Assembly: GCA_963777605.1 (NCBI GenBank)
Contig: CAVZRV010000013.1
Coordinates: 64,001 to 128,000 of the forward strand
Reading direction: 5' to 3'
From: an uncultured Acidobacteriota bacterium
GTDB taxonomy: Bacteria > Acidobacteriota > UBA6911 > RPQK01 > JAPXNP01
Length of the DNA: 64,000 nucleotides
Position numbers and translations under genes: made by a program. This document shows, piece by piece, positions 46,167 through 56,587 of this stretch. Under the pieces are notes generated by a model. The model was not told the DNA's origin. It made no database searches and saw only the letters and a list, made by a program, of their open reading frames with translations. The stretch's first letter is position 1, and each line of letters begins with the position of its first letter.

Positions 46167-48308
46167 GTGACGAATTCCAAGCTGCCCCTGGTGTTGCCAC
46201 TGGCATTAGTACTGTCTTGCGGCCTTGCTCCGTACGCGCTCTCCCAGACCGTGAACGTGGAGCCGACGACACAACCTCCTCGAATCGACGGGAAGCTCGA
46301 CGACCCGGTCTGGCGTGACATCGTCCCAATTCGAAATTTCCAGCAGCGGGAACCAAACCCGGGAGCGCCGCCCTCAGAGGAGACCGAGGTCTACGTCACC
46401 TTTGACCACGACCAAATCTATTTCGGATTCCGCTGCAAAGTGAGTAGTCCGGACGAGATTACGGCCAAGGAAATGGCCCGGGATGCCGACCTCTCGGTGG
46501 ACGATCGGGTCCAGATCATCCTCGATACGTTCCTGGATCGACGAAACGGCTACTGGTTTCAGATCGGTCCCCGCAGCTCCATCGGTGACGCGCTCGTCAG
46601 CGACAATGGCGAACGCTTCAACAAGGAGTGGGACGGGCTCTGGGAAGGGAGGGCGGCAATTGGTCCGGACGCCTGGACGGCTGAGGTCGCCATCCCGTTC
46701 AAGACTCTGAACTTCCGCCCGGGTCAGTCGGAGTGGGGCCTGAAGCTGATCCGCTATATCAAGCGCAAGGAAGAAGTAGACTACTGGCCCCTGGGAAACC
46801 TGGACACCTACCGCTTTCAGATCTCCGATTCGGGAACCATCAGTGGACTCAAGGGGTTGTCGCAGGGCAAAGGTCTGGACATTCGGCCTTACGGATTGGC
46901 GGGTATCAACCAGTATGCCGACCGGGATAGCGAGCTGGTCGGTGACGCCGGAGTGGACGTCTTTTACCAGTTGACTCCCGGCCTGAAAACAGCTCTGACG
47001 ATCAATACCGATTTTGCCGAAACCGAGGTAGACCAACGACGGGTCAACCTGACTCGTTTCCCGCTCTTTTTTCCCGAGAAACGGGATTTCTTTCTGGACG
47101 GCGCCGACTACTTCACCTTCGGGACCAGCCGATCCGACCTGATCCCGTTCTTCTCCCGGCGGTTGGGTCTCGACGAGAACGGCGAGCCGATCCCGATCAC
47201 GGTGGGAGGGAAGCTGACCGGTCGCCAGGGACAGTGGAATATGGGAGTCCTGGGCGTGATCGATGATCAGAATGGGGACAACCGTGGGTTCGGAGTTGTA
47301 CGGGTAACCCGCAACCTGGGACGCCAGTCCTCGGTCGGGATGATCGCCACCGGCGGCAATGCGCTGGGAAGCCTCGACAATTCGGTGATCGGCGGAGACT
47401 TCCGGCTCGCAAGTTCGACCTTCCGCGGGAATCAGAACATCGGACTGACCTTCTTTGGGCTCAAATCATCGACTTCGGGAACCCGGGGAAACGATTCCGC
47501 TTACGGGTTCCAGTTTCTTTACCCCAACGACTTTGTTCAGGCCCAGGCCGGGTTCCAGGAGATTGGCGACGACTTCAATGCTGGAATAGGCTTTGTTCCC
47601 CGAGTCGGGATTCGCCAGTCATACGCAAGTGCAGGCCTCGGCCCGAGGCCCCGGGCCTGGGGCATTCGCCAATTCTTCTTCAGGGCGTCCGGAGAGTACA
47701 TCACCGACCTGGACAACAGTCTCTTAACCCGCAGCCTGAGGTTCACACCGGTCGAGGTTCTCTTCGATTCGGGGGATCACTTTGAAGGCGACGTCACTTT
47801 CCAGTACGAGTGGTTGACCGAGGATTTTGCCATCCATCCCGACTACACGATTCCAACCGGAAGCCACGAGTTTGCCTACTACTCCGCTGAGTTCCGGTCG
47901 GCTCATCGGAGGGATCTCTGGTTTGATGCCGAGGTGGAGTGGGGAGAGTTCTTCAACGGGAGAACCCGGGACCTCCAGTTGGCTACCGGGTACAAGGTAG
48001 CGGTTCCCCTTTTCCTGGGAGTTCAGTATGAGAGAAACCGGGTATACCTCCCGGAAGGGGACTTCACTGCCAATGTCTCCCGCCTGAACGCCAACATTCT
48101 GTTCAGCCCTGATGTCACGCTATACAACTATGTGCAGTATGACAATCTCAGCGAGCGACTTGGCTGGCAGTCCCGGTTCTACTGGATCCTCAAGCCGGGA
48201 AACGAGATCATAATGGTCTGGAACTCGAGCATTACAGATCCCTTCGACCGGTTTGTTCTCACCGAGAGCACTGCCCGGTTCAAGGTGAATTACAATTTCC
48301 GTTTTTGA
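46167..48308 (+). CDS. CBM9-like domain + DUF5916 outer-membrane barrel protein
   Basis: PRIDGKLDDPVW, WTAEVAIPF, NTDFAETEVD, FFPEKRDFFL, C-terminal YNFRF. Confidence 0.88.
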   Translation: MTNSKLPLVLPLALVLSCGLAPYALSQTVNVEPTTQPPRIDGKLDDPVWRDIVPIRNFQQREPNPGAPPSEETEVYVTFDHDQIYFGFRCKVSSPDEITAKEMARDADLSVDDRVQIILDTFLDRRNGYWFQIGPRSSIGDALVSDNGERFNKEWDGLWEGRAAIGPDAWTAEVAIPFKTLNFRPGQSEWGLKLIRYIKRKEEVDYWPLGNLDTYRFQISDSGTISGLKGLSQGKGLDIRPYGLAGINQYADRDSELVGDAGVDVFYQLTPGLKTALTINTDFAETEVDQRRVNLTRFPLFFPEKRDFFLDGADYFTFGTSRSDLIPFFSRRLGLDENGEPIPITVGGKLTGRQGQWNMGVLGVIDDQNGDNRGFGVVRVTRNLGRQSSVGMIATGGNALGSLDNSVIGGDFRLASSTFRGNQNIGLTFFGLKSSTSGTRGNDSAYGFQFLYPNDFVQAQAGFQEIGDDFNAGIGFVPRVGIRQSYASAGLGPRPRAWGIRQFFFRASGEYITDLDNSLLTRSLRFTPVEVLFDSGDHFEGDVTFQYEWLTEDFAIHPDYTIPTGSHEFAYYSAEFRSAHRRDLWFDAEVEWGEFFNGRTRDLQLATGYKVAVPLFLGVQYERNRVYLPEGDFTANVSRLNANILFSPDVTLYNYVQYDNLSERLGWQSRFYWILKPGNEIIMVWNSSITDPFDRFVLTESTARFKVNYNFRF

Positions 48309-48326
48309 GCATTCCGGAGTGCAGCC

Positions 48327-49079
48327 ATGCGTATTCGACTTGCCTTTCTTCTCTTCGCTGCGGCAGCGATCTGCCTGATCGGGGCTACCTCGCCCCGCCC
48401 GACGCTGCGTGTTCTGACATACAACATCCACCACGGAGAGGGGAGGGACGGGCTGTTCGACTACAACCGCCTGGGTCGCATCATTTCGGGTGTCAATCCG
48501 GATGTCGTTGCCCTGCAGGAAGTTGACAAGGACACTATTCGGGCGGATCGCAAAGACCAGGCTCAGCTTCTCGGCGAACTCACCCAGATGGACCCGTTCT
48601 TTGGACGGGCGATGTACTATCAGGAAGGCGAATACGGGGGGGCGGTCCTGTCCCGGTATCCGCTCGAGAACATGAAAGCACATTCGCTTCCGTATCGGAC
48701 CGGGAGTGAACCCCGGGTGGCCGTCGAAGTGACCGTGAACCCGGGCGATGGCCTGCCGAATTTCATTTTCGTTTCAACGCATCTCTGTAATGCCAACGAG
48801 GTGGTTCGAACCGACCAGGCGACTCGCCTTCAGGCACTCTTCGGTGATGCCAAACTCCCGGTCGTAATGGCGGGTGACTTCAACTCCCGGGCCCATCAGC
48901 CGCCCATGCGTTTGCTGTTCTCGAAAGGCTGGCTCGATGCGACCCGAAATGTCTCTCGAATCGACTACATCCTGATCAGGAACATGGATCCCTGGAAAGT
49001 CATTGAAGATAAGGCTTTGGACGAACCCGTCGCGTCCGACCACCTCCCCCTCCTGGCCGTGCTCGAGTGGGAACAGTGA
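48327..49079 (+). CDS. Endonuclease/exonuclease/phosphatase family protein (secreted)
   Basis: TYNIH, LQEVD, STHL, GDFN, IDYI, SDHLP. Confidence 0.92.
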   Translation: MRIRLAFLLFAAAAICLIGATSPRPTLRVLTYNIHHGEGRDGLFDYNRLGRIISGVNPDVVALQEVDKDTIRADRKDQAQLLGELTQMDPFFGRAMYYQEGEYGGAVLSRYPLENMKAHSLPYRTGSEPRVAVEVTVNPGDGLPNFIFVSTHLCNANEVVRTDQATRLQALFGDAKLPVVMAGDFNSRAHQPPMRLLFSKGWLDATRNVSRIDYILIRNMDPWKVIEDKALDEPVASDHLPLLAVLEWEQ

Positions 49080-49452
49080 TTTTCGATTGACGATTGTCGA
49101 CCTGCGATTGACGATTTTGGGGTGTCTTTCCGAAATCGCTATCGGAGGCAGATCTAGCCCATCTCTCCGTGCCCAACCCGTCGGCGGGCACACGACACCC
49201 CCGGGCAAAGCCTCCGGCGGGGGCCAAACCCCAAACCCCAACTAATATTTACGAACGTGCGGGAAAAAGTGCGAAGAGCCCGCTGGAAAAAAGTGGAAAC
49301 GGTGGGATTTGAAGGGAGATGAAGCGGAGGGAATGGAGGGGAGCAAGGATGGACGGGACAATCCAGGGAGAGACAGTGTCTCCACTCGAGTCTGGGCAGC
49401 GCGGCCTTTGTTCTTCCTGGAACCAGCAATCGAAAACAGCAATCGTCAATCG
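49078..49452. repeat. Inverted heptamer arrays (CGATTGA-type) at both ends of a convergent intergenic region
   Basis: 49078-49118 GATTTTCGATTGACGATTGTCGACCTGCGATTGACGATTTT versus 49427-49452 CAATCGAAAACAGCAATCGTCAATCG. Confidence 0.65.
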
Positions 49453-50315
49453 CGAAACTTCTTCTCCAACTCCTCCCAGCGGGGCAGGCCGACGATCTTC
49501 TTGAACTCGGGAAAGTCTATCGGGGTTGGAAATCCACGGGTCGTTCCCTGGCTCTGCAGGTATTCGAAAGCCTGCCGCATGGCTGAAGTGGCTGCGAAGA
49601 GCCCGGTCAATGGGTAGACGACTATCTTGAAACCCATTCCGGACAGTTCGTCAGCCGGCAGCAGAGGCGTCCGGCCTCCCTCGATCATATTGGCAAAGGT
49701 GGGGATCCCGGGCAGTGATTTGGGAATTTTCTTCAGTTCCTCGAGGGATTCGGGCGCCTCGATGAAGATCACGTCTGCGCCGGTCTCGAAATACTTTTGA
49801 CCGCGCGCAATTGCCCTGTCCAGGCCTTCGACCGCCCGAGCGTCGGTTCTGCCAATAATCACCAGTTCCGAGTCGCCACGTGCTTCGACCGCGGCCCTGA
49901 TCTTTTCACTGTGCTCTTCCACCGGGATTACCCGCTTGCCGCCGAAGTGCCCGCAACGTTTTGGCCAGACCTGGTCTTCGAGGATGATTCCGGCGATTCC
50001 CGCGCGAACCGCCGATTCAACTGTGCGAAAGACGTTCAGGGGCCCGCCGTAGCCGGTGTCGAGGTCGGCAACGATCGGAACCTTCACCGAACGGGCCAGG
50101 TTCCCCGAGGCGTCGAGAACCTCAGACGCGGTCAGGAGTCCGTAATCGGGTCCTCCGAGCAGCGCCGCTGACAATCCGAATCCGCTCGTGAACAGGGCAG
50201 GGAAGCCCGCCTGCTCGGCCAGCCGTGCACTCAGGCAGTCGTAGACTCCGGGCAGGACCAGTGCACCGGGCTCATTCAGCAGGGAACGCAGTTGGGGACT
50301 GCGGGACTTCGTCAC
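49446..50315 (-). CDS. Isocitrate lyase/PEP mutase superfamily enzyme (PrpB / carboxy-PEP mutase-like)
   Basis: GAGGAGG RBS + GTG; PGVYDCLSA, DLDTGYG, EDQVWPKRCGH, RTDA. Confidence 0.9.
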   Translation of the reverse strand: MTKSRSPQLRSLLNEPGALVLPGVYDCLSARLAEQAGFPALFTSGFGLSAALLGGPDYGLLTASEVLDASGNLARSVKVPIVADLDTGYGGPLNVFRTVESAVRAGIAGIILEDQVWPKRCGHFGGKRVIPVEEHSEKIRAAVEARGDSELVIIGRTDARAVEGLDRAIARGQKYFETGADVIFIEAPESLEELKKIPKSLPGIPTFANMIEGGRTPLLPADELSGMGFKIVVYPLTGLFAATSAMRQAFEYLQSQGTTRGFPTPIDFPEFKKIVGLPRWEELEKKFRD

Positions 50316-50436
50316 GTGGGCAACCTCCTCGGGATCAAGTTGGCGGAAAACTATACCCCAGACAAAGGAATAGCCCAACCGGGTTTCCCCGGTCGGGCTG
50401 GGAGTCTCAAGTGGCTCTGAGGAGCGCTCGTGGCTC

Positions 50437-52467
50437 CTAGTGAGGCCGCTCTCGCGGGGGGCGAGGAGCCGAACTGGGCCTGCTTGGTGCGGGCCGGCTC
50501 GGCATCGGCGTTGACCTTTGATAGCTGGGTCTCGATGGCGATGGTCGGGACATGGTCGAAGGCCGGCTGATCGACGGGCTCGGCCGGCTTGCCGGGGACG
50601 GCCGGCTGATCGATGGCGACACCGATCGGCTCGGGCGCTCGGGCCGCGTGGAACGGTAGCTCGGCGTTGACCGGGAACTCGGAGTTGACCACCAGCGCGA
50701 GGAAGAGCGATTCGGTGACACGGTCGATCGAGGGACCGCCGGTGTGGAACGGGCGGTCGATGGAGGTGTCACCATCTCTCGAGTTGGGTAACGGTACGGT
50801 TCAATCGTGTTGCTGCGGCTCGAGCTCGGACGTGCGTCTGGAGTGGAGTATGTGAAACCCGAACGATCCTGTGATCGATTTGAGAACGTATTTCGTTCCG
50901 GCACCGGAGGCCTGGTCGTACTTCGTTGCGGCACGGCAGGCCTGGTCGTATTCGATCCTGGTCGAACCGTTTCGGGAGTTCTACTGGGTACCGTTCTCGA
51001 TCGCACAGCCGGAGCGATGTCGGGGGAGCGGGCCACGGACCGTCCACTCACGCCGCCGCCGCGCGAGTTACCCGGGTTTGTCTGCACCGGCGAGCGTCCC
51101 CCGGTAGCCCGGCTTTCCGGGATGCTGCGGGTCGTCGTGGGCGGACGTACATAAGAACGGTCGGTGTTTCCCCGGGTCGATCCGCGCTCCGTGAATGAAG
51201 AGGCCACGCCGTTCGGCGGAGTCCTTCCCACGGTGCCGCGATCACCGGAGACCGCCCGGTTCTGGCCACGGGTGAAGCTGTAATTGCGGAGGTTGTCGGG
51301 GAGCCCGGTGCGAACCTCGCGGCTAAACTCGGAGGGGATCCGGTTGAGAGCAACCTGGTTGACTCTGGTTCGGCTGAAGTCGTTGGAACGCACCAGCGTC
51401 AAGCCTCTTCGCGAAGCATTGTTGATGATCGTCGTGTTGTTGATGATCGTTGTGTTGTTGGAGTTCCAGTTGCTGCGGGGATACCAACCCACGTAGCCGC
51501 CCGAGTGGTAGAAGTTAACGGGCGCAGCGCTCCAGTGGTTGAATCCGCCTGGGAGCCAGCACCAGCGGGAGTTGTAGTATCTCCAGGCCCCGTAGTGGTA
51601 GGGGAGGTAGCCCCAGGGTTCATTGCTCATCCAGGTCCAGCCCCATCCGAGCGAGAAGTCCACCCAGAAACCGTTGCGGAACGGAACCCACCCGACCGAC
51701 ACGTTCGGAACCCAAACTGTTCCGTAGGTCGGGTAGTTGACCCAGGTTCCATAGTAGTCAAGGTCGTAGACTCCCGGGTAGTAGACACCGCCGACGTGGG
51801 CAACCGAACGGCTCGAAACCATGCGGGCGTCACGCCGGGAGCTCCACACATCAAAGGAGTCCTCCGAGTAGCCGTAGCTGACGTTGACGACCGTACCCTG
51901 GGTGGAATCGATCAGGGCCCGCTGGTCGTTCTCGATCCTCTGAGTACCCTGGGATCCGTCAAAGTCGGCTCTGCCCTTGCGGACAACGACTTCGATGGCC
52001 CCGTTGGAATCGAGACCGATGCGATACAGACCTTTCTTGTTGATGTAAACGGGACCGGCGGGAGTATAGATCCGGAAGTTTTCGCTGTCGTTCACACGCA
52101 GGATCACGGCACCGGTGTGCAGTTCCAGCACCGTTTCCTTGCCGTCAACCTGGACGAAGGCCACGTCGGTCTCCGGTCCAAGTCTGAGAAAGTTCTGCTT
52201 CCCGAAATCGACTTCAACTCGTGAGTCGGCCTGGGAGAAAATTCGGTCCCCGTTTAGAAGCGGGAGGTTCACGGTTACTTCGTCCCAATCCACGTTGCCG
52301 GCAGGCTCGTAGGCACCACGGCCGTCCAGGTAGCTGATCCGCGGAGGGTAGTAATCAGCCGCCAGCACCCCCGCCTGCAGCCCAAAAAAGACGAGCAGCA
52401 GGAAAATCGGCACCGGCAAATGGAATCGAGACAAGGACGTTTTGTTTTTCATTGTCTTGCTCCTCAT
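50437..52467 (-). CDS. FecR-domain / DUF6600 secreted protein with a long Pro-Ser-Arg-rich tail
   Basis: RISYLDG..NLPLLNGD FecR-like start; LDYYGTW..WVP..G.W..WTW.S.EPWG..PYHYG.W; low-complexity C-terminus. Confidence 0.88.
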   Translation of the reverse strand: MRSKTMKNKTSLSRFHLPVPIFLLLVFFGLQAGVLAADYYPPRISYLDGRGAYEPAGNVDWDEVTVNLPLLNGDRIFSQADSRVEVDFGKQNFLRLGPETDVAFVQVDGKETVLELHTGAVILRVNDSENFRIYTPAGPVYINKKGLYRIGLDSNGAIEVVVRKGRADFDGSQGTQRIENDQRALIDSTQGTVVNVSYGYSEDSFDVWSSRRDARMVSSRSVAHVGGVYYPGVYDLDYYGTWVNYPTYGTVWVPNVSVGWVPFRNGFWVDFSLGWGWTWMSNEPWGYLPYHYGAWRYYNSRWCWLPGGFNHWSAAPVNFYHSGGYVGWYPRSNWNSNNTTIINNTTIINNASRRGLTLVRSNDFSRTRVNQVALNRIPSEFSREVRTGLPDNLRNYSFTRGQNRAVSGDRGTVGRTPPNGVASSFTERGSTRGNTDRSYVRPPTTTRSIPESRATGGRSPVQTNPGNSRGGGVSGRSVARSPDIAPAVRSRTVPSRTPETVRPGSNTTRPAVPQRSTTRPPVPERNTFSNRSQDRSGFTYSTPDARPSSSRSNTIEPYRYPTREMVTPPSTARSTPAVPRSTVSPNRSSSRWWSTPSSRSTPSYRSTRPERPSRSVSPSISRPSPASRPSPSISRPSTMSRPSPSRPSYQRSTPMPSRPAPSRPSSAPRPPRERPH

Positions 52468-52638
52468 TCCACTCTTTTAGATTGGGTTTCTACGATTATG
52501 TTTCATTCTGTCACGAATTGTAAGGGCTGGGGATGTCGATGAACAGGGTGAACTGGGAGGGGCAGGTGGTCCAGGCCGGCCGGGCCGGGCTGGGCTTTCT
52601 GACCGGATCGACCGGAGACTCCTCAATTGACCCGGAGT

Positions 52639-53797
52639 TCAGGGCGTTTGCCGGTCCATCGTAAACGTACCGCTGTCGGTGCTCAGATCATCGAGATGGG
52701 TGATCACCCAGGTCCCCGTCACCTGGGTGTCCGAGAACGCGAAGTCTGTGACTCCCATGTAGATGGTCAGGTAGGGACTGCTGATCAACCCGGTACCTCC
52801 GTCCATGAACTTCGTCTCCGCGAAGAAGGAGAGATCGAGGAACTGTTCGAGTTTCTGTCCGTTCACCAGGACTGGGAAGTCGTTGCTAACCGTCTGGTTG
52901 TCGAGATTGTTGATGGCAAGGTAGCCTTTGACGAAATGGCCTTCCGCCCAGAGGCGTGATCGTGCCGTCGATTCTCTGGATCGAACTTCCCGCGTCTCCG
53001 ACCAGAGCGATGTTGTAAGCCACCGGGGAGGGAAGCAGGGGAAGACTTGAGATTTGACCGTTGACGAGGGTCAGGGCGGTGCCCACGATGGGGGCGGGAA
53101 GCGACAACGGTCCCACGCTGGCGATCTCCACTTTGCCCTTTCCAAGGCTGATGCCCGGGAAAATCTCACTGAGAAACTGTGCGGTGTGGGCTTGGGGGCC
53201 GAGGCTGATCGTCGTGGATGTGACCTCCCTTGCGTCGCTGCCGTCGATCAGGGTGATCAGCACCTGGGTTGGAGCGACATTCGGGGAGGGGTTGGCGAGC
53301 GCGAGTGCTACCGCAAAAAAGTCCTCAAAGGGAAGCGCGGTGAGGTAGAACTCGGTGGACGGCGATACCCCGACGCTGTCGGTGATCACGCCGTTTTGAC
53401 GGAAGTAGTAGGTCAGATTGGCTTCAACAAAATTGTCCTGGTAGAGGTCGATGGCACGGATCACCGCAAACCCGGTTTCAACCGTATTGGTGCCGGTAAC
53501 GTGCAGGACCACGGTCTGGTCAGTCGGAATCTGGAATCGAAGTTGGCCCAATGTGACCGGCGTCCCATTGACTACCGGGTTCCAGGCGGAACCGTTCAAG
53601 CCGCGCGAGAAGGAGATCTTGGCGTCGTATTCATGGCCGCCCCGGTTGGTCAGCGTGAGCACGGTTTCGAGGCCGGGCCCGGCGGCGACCTGGGCAAATG
53701 CGAGATCCTTCTGGGCTACCAGCCACTGACCAAAGGCCGTCGTTCCAGTCAGGAAAATGGTTGCTGCAAGAAGAACTACCTTCGCTGAATTCCGCAT
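52639..53797 (-). CDS. Secreted hypothetical protein (same module family as the ORF at 2-1285), +1 frameshift at ~52954
   Basis: Signal peptide; FAQVAAG..TVLTLTN and ALALANP modules. Removing one C joins it to ORF 52639-52866 via LWAEGHFVKGYL. Confidence 0.7.
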
Positions 53798-53884
53798 GGA
53801 GATTTCCTTTCGTGGTCTATTCGTGGTTTATTATGCCACTAAGTAAGAGACGGTTCCCACGGCCGGGTAGGTTCAAACCTTACG

Positions 53885-55150
53885 TCACGGCCGGGCAGGG
53901 GGCGAAGGGTTGACGCGGGCGCCTTCTTCGAGGTCTCTCAACACCTGGAAAGGACCGGTGATGAGCTCCGTTCCCGGGTTGATCCCGTCCACTGAGATGT
54001 CGAGCCCGCCGATGATGCCCGCCTTGACCGGTTTGAAATGGGCGACTCCGCCTTCCGGAACAAAGACACCGGTCTGTTCGGTACCGTCCCGGTTTCGCAG
54101 GACGACCGACTGGAGGGGGACGACGACCGCGTCGGGGATTTCATCGGTGAGAATTTCGGCGTCGCAGGTCAATCCGGGCCGGAAACCGGGATCCGGGTTG
54201 TCGATCCGGATGACGACTTTAAATTCGCGGGCAGCCGCACCCAGGCCCACGTCGCTAAGGGCACTGGTTCCGACTTCAATCACCTCTCCACCGAACTTCT
54301 GGTCGGGCACCGCATCCAGTGTCACGGTCGCTTTCTGGCCCAGTTTGATTCTGAGTATGTCGGCTTCGGCCACTTTGACTTCGGCGTTGACGCCGCTCAG
54401 GTCCGAGATGGTCATGAGAGTGGTTCCGGGTTGGTTCTGGATTCCAATGACAACCATTTCGCCAAGGCGCACCCGGAGCCGGCTGACAATCCCGGACATC
54501 GGGGAGCGGACCTCGGTCTTGGAGAAGGTGTCGGCAGCCCGGGTGAGCTGCGCTTTCGACTGGAGCAATCGCTCGCGGGCCGCGTTGACCACGCTACCGG
54601 ATCGATCCAGATCGGCCATCGCCGCATCCAGATCGGCTGCTGCCGCGTCGCGATTGACAGTGGCCTGGTCGAGATCGGCCTTCGAGGAAACACCCTTGGA
54701 GTAAAGTGTCTGAGTCCGATCCAGCGTGAGTTGGCGGTCCTTCAAAACGGCTTGGGTACGGGCCACCTGGGACTGGGAGACCTGTACCTGCCTCTCGGCC
54801 GACTCGACGTCCGCGCTGAGGGCCTTGACCTGCTTGTCCGCGGCATCCTTCTCGGCAGCGGCCTGGATCGGGTCGATGCGTGCCAGCAGGTCACCCCGCC
54901 GAACCGGTTGCCCCTCCTGAACCGGCAGATCGACGATCTTTCCCATGATGCTGGAGCCAATGTCGGCGTATCTCGTGGCGACGATCTCTCCTGAGGCTGT
55001 GACGTAAGAACGGAATACCTCGCGCCGGGCTACCGCCTCGACATCGACGGCGACTCCCTTCTCTTCGCGTTGGGAAACCAGTCGATAGGTCACCGCGGCG
55101 ATAGCGAGCAGAACCAGGAAGACCAGTAGACGACGAACTATTCGGCTCAA
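53885..55150 (-). CDS. Efflux periplasmic adaptor subunit (MacA/HlyD-like)
   Basis: N-terminal TM, VTASGEI, VQEGQPVRRGDLL, coiled coil, SPMSG, RPGLT. Confidence 0.92.
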   Translation of the reverse strand: MSRIVRRLLVFLVLLAIAAVTYRLVSQREEKGVAVDVEAVARREVFRSYVTASGEIVATRYADIGSSIMGKIVDLPVQEGQPVRRGDLLARIDPIQAAAEKDAADKQVKALSADVESAERQVQVSQSQVARTQAVLKDRQLTLDRTQTLYSKGVSSKADLDQATVNRDAAAADLDAAMADLDRSGSVVNAARERLLQSKAQLTRAADTFSKTEVRSPMSGIVSRLRVRLGEMVVIGIQNQPGTTLMTISDLSGVNAEVKVAEADILRIKLGQKATVTLDAVPDQKFGGEVIEVGTSALSDVGLGAAAREFKVVIRIDNPDPGFRPGLTCDAEILTDEIPDAVVVPLQSVVLRNRDGTEQTGVFVPEGGVAHFKPVKAGIIGGLDISVDGINPGTELITGPFQVLRDLEEGARVNPSPPARP

Positions 55151-55318
55151 TCCGCTAACTCCTTGTTGTCAAACATTTTCACAAACCGAGGTGAAGATGC
55201 AACCCGCTCCCGAAGTCGGCCGGTCAACCTGACTGAACGTGCAGGAAGCCGCCGGTCAGCCGGGCAACTTTCCCGACGTGATCGAAGCCACGGAAGATTC
55301 GGGAGATAATACGCAAGA

Positions 55319-56569
55319 ATGGCGGACAGGACGCGAATAATTCGGGCAGTTTCGGACACTCTGGCGGTTTCCTTCCGGAGCGCCTTCACTCATCCGCTTC
55401 GGACCGGGCTGTCGAGCCTCGCGATTGCGGTGGCGGTCGCGACCGTTGCGGTCGTCAACACCGGTCTCGAAGGCTTCGGGCGGTTCGCGCGGGAAACCAG
55501 CGCCAAGACGTTTGGGACCGACAGCTTCGTTGTGGTCCAGGTTGTCACGGGCGATCTCAGCCGGAAAGAACTGGTGGAGAAGCTGCGACGAAACCCGCCG
55601 GTCCGCCGCGACGACGTTCGCTTTCTGGAACGTTTCGCCGAAGGTGACGTGATCTATTCTCCGGTTGCGCAGCGGAGGGCCGATGTGGTCTACCGGTCCC
55701 GCAAGGCTGAAGAGGTCTCTGTCAACGGAGTGGGTGCCGACATGTTTCGCATTCGGGACCTGGGAATCTCGAGAGGGCGTTTCTTTGAGGCTTCTGAAGA
55801 CCTGTCGGGAGCCCAGGTCGTGGTCCTGGGGGCGGAAATCGTAGACGAGTTGTTCCCGGCGGGCGACCCGCTGGGGAAGACCGTTCGGCTGGGTGGGCGA
55901 GGGTTCAGGGTGATCGGGTTGCAGGAACGCCAGGGGACAACGGTTGGGGTGTCGCTCGATCGGTACGCCTGGATCCCGATCCGGGCCTACGAGCGGATTT
56001 ACCCGGTACCGGATTCCCTGCAGGTTTTTGCCCGGCCTGCCGACGGTGACTCGACTCAGGTAGCGGAAGACCGGGCTCGGGTCACGATGCGGGCGCGCAG
56101 ACAGCTGAGACCCGGGGCTGAGGCGAATTTCGACATCCTGACACCCGAGGCGTCGCGGGGATTTGTCTTCGAAATATCCCAGCGGATCAGCATGGCTGGC
56201 GGACCGATCTCGGCGGCGGCGCTTTTGGCCGCGATCGTGGTGGTCACCAATACGATGTTGGTTTCGATAACCGAAAAGACCCGGGAAATTGGGATTCGAA
56301 GGGCCATCGGAGCAACCCGGAGCCGAATCATCGGCGAGGTCCTGGCCGAGTCCGCCCAGGTCGCGCTTTTGGGCGGGGGCCTGGGAATTCTGGTTTCGCA
56401 GGCGGCGCTTACGCTGGGCGGCCGGCTCCTCGGCTTCGGGTTGCCTCTTTCGGCTGAAACGCTCGGCTGGAGCCTGGCGGCTGCCGGATTGAGCGGGGTG
56501 GTTGCCGGAATCTACCCGGCACGAAGAGCTGCCCGGGTCGAGGTGATACAGGCTCTGAGAATTGAATAG
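55319..56569 (+). CDS. MacB/FtsX-family ABC transporter permease
   Basis: LRTGLSSL, periplasmic GRFF, MLVSITEKTREIGIRRAIGA, YPARRAA. Confidence 0.92.
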   Translation: MADRTRIIRAVSDTLAVSFRSAFTHPLRTGLSSLAIAVAVATVAVVNTGLEGFGRFARETSAKTFGTDSFVVVQVVTGDLSRKELVEKLRRNPPVRRDDVRFLERFAEGDVIYSPVAQRRADVVYRSRKAEEVSVNGVGADMFRIRDLGISRGRFFEASEDLSGAQVVVLGAEIVDELFPAGDPLGKTVRLGGRGFRVIGLQERQGTTVGVSLDRYAWIPIRAYERIYPVPDSLQVFARPADGDSTQVAEDRARVTMRARRQLRPGAEANFDILTPEASRGFVFEISQRISMAGGPISAAALLAAIVVVTNTMLVSITEKTREIGIRRAIGATRSRIIGEVLAESAQVALLGGGLGILVSQAALTLGGRLLGFGLPLSAETLGWSLAAAGLSGVVAGIYPARRAARVEVIQALRIE

Positions 56570-56587
56570 GAGTAAGGCAATCCGATA

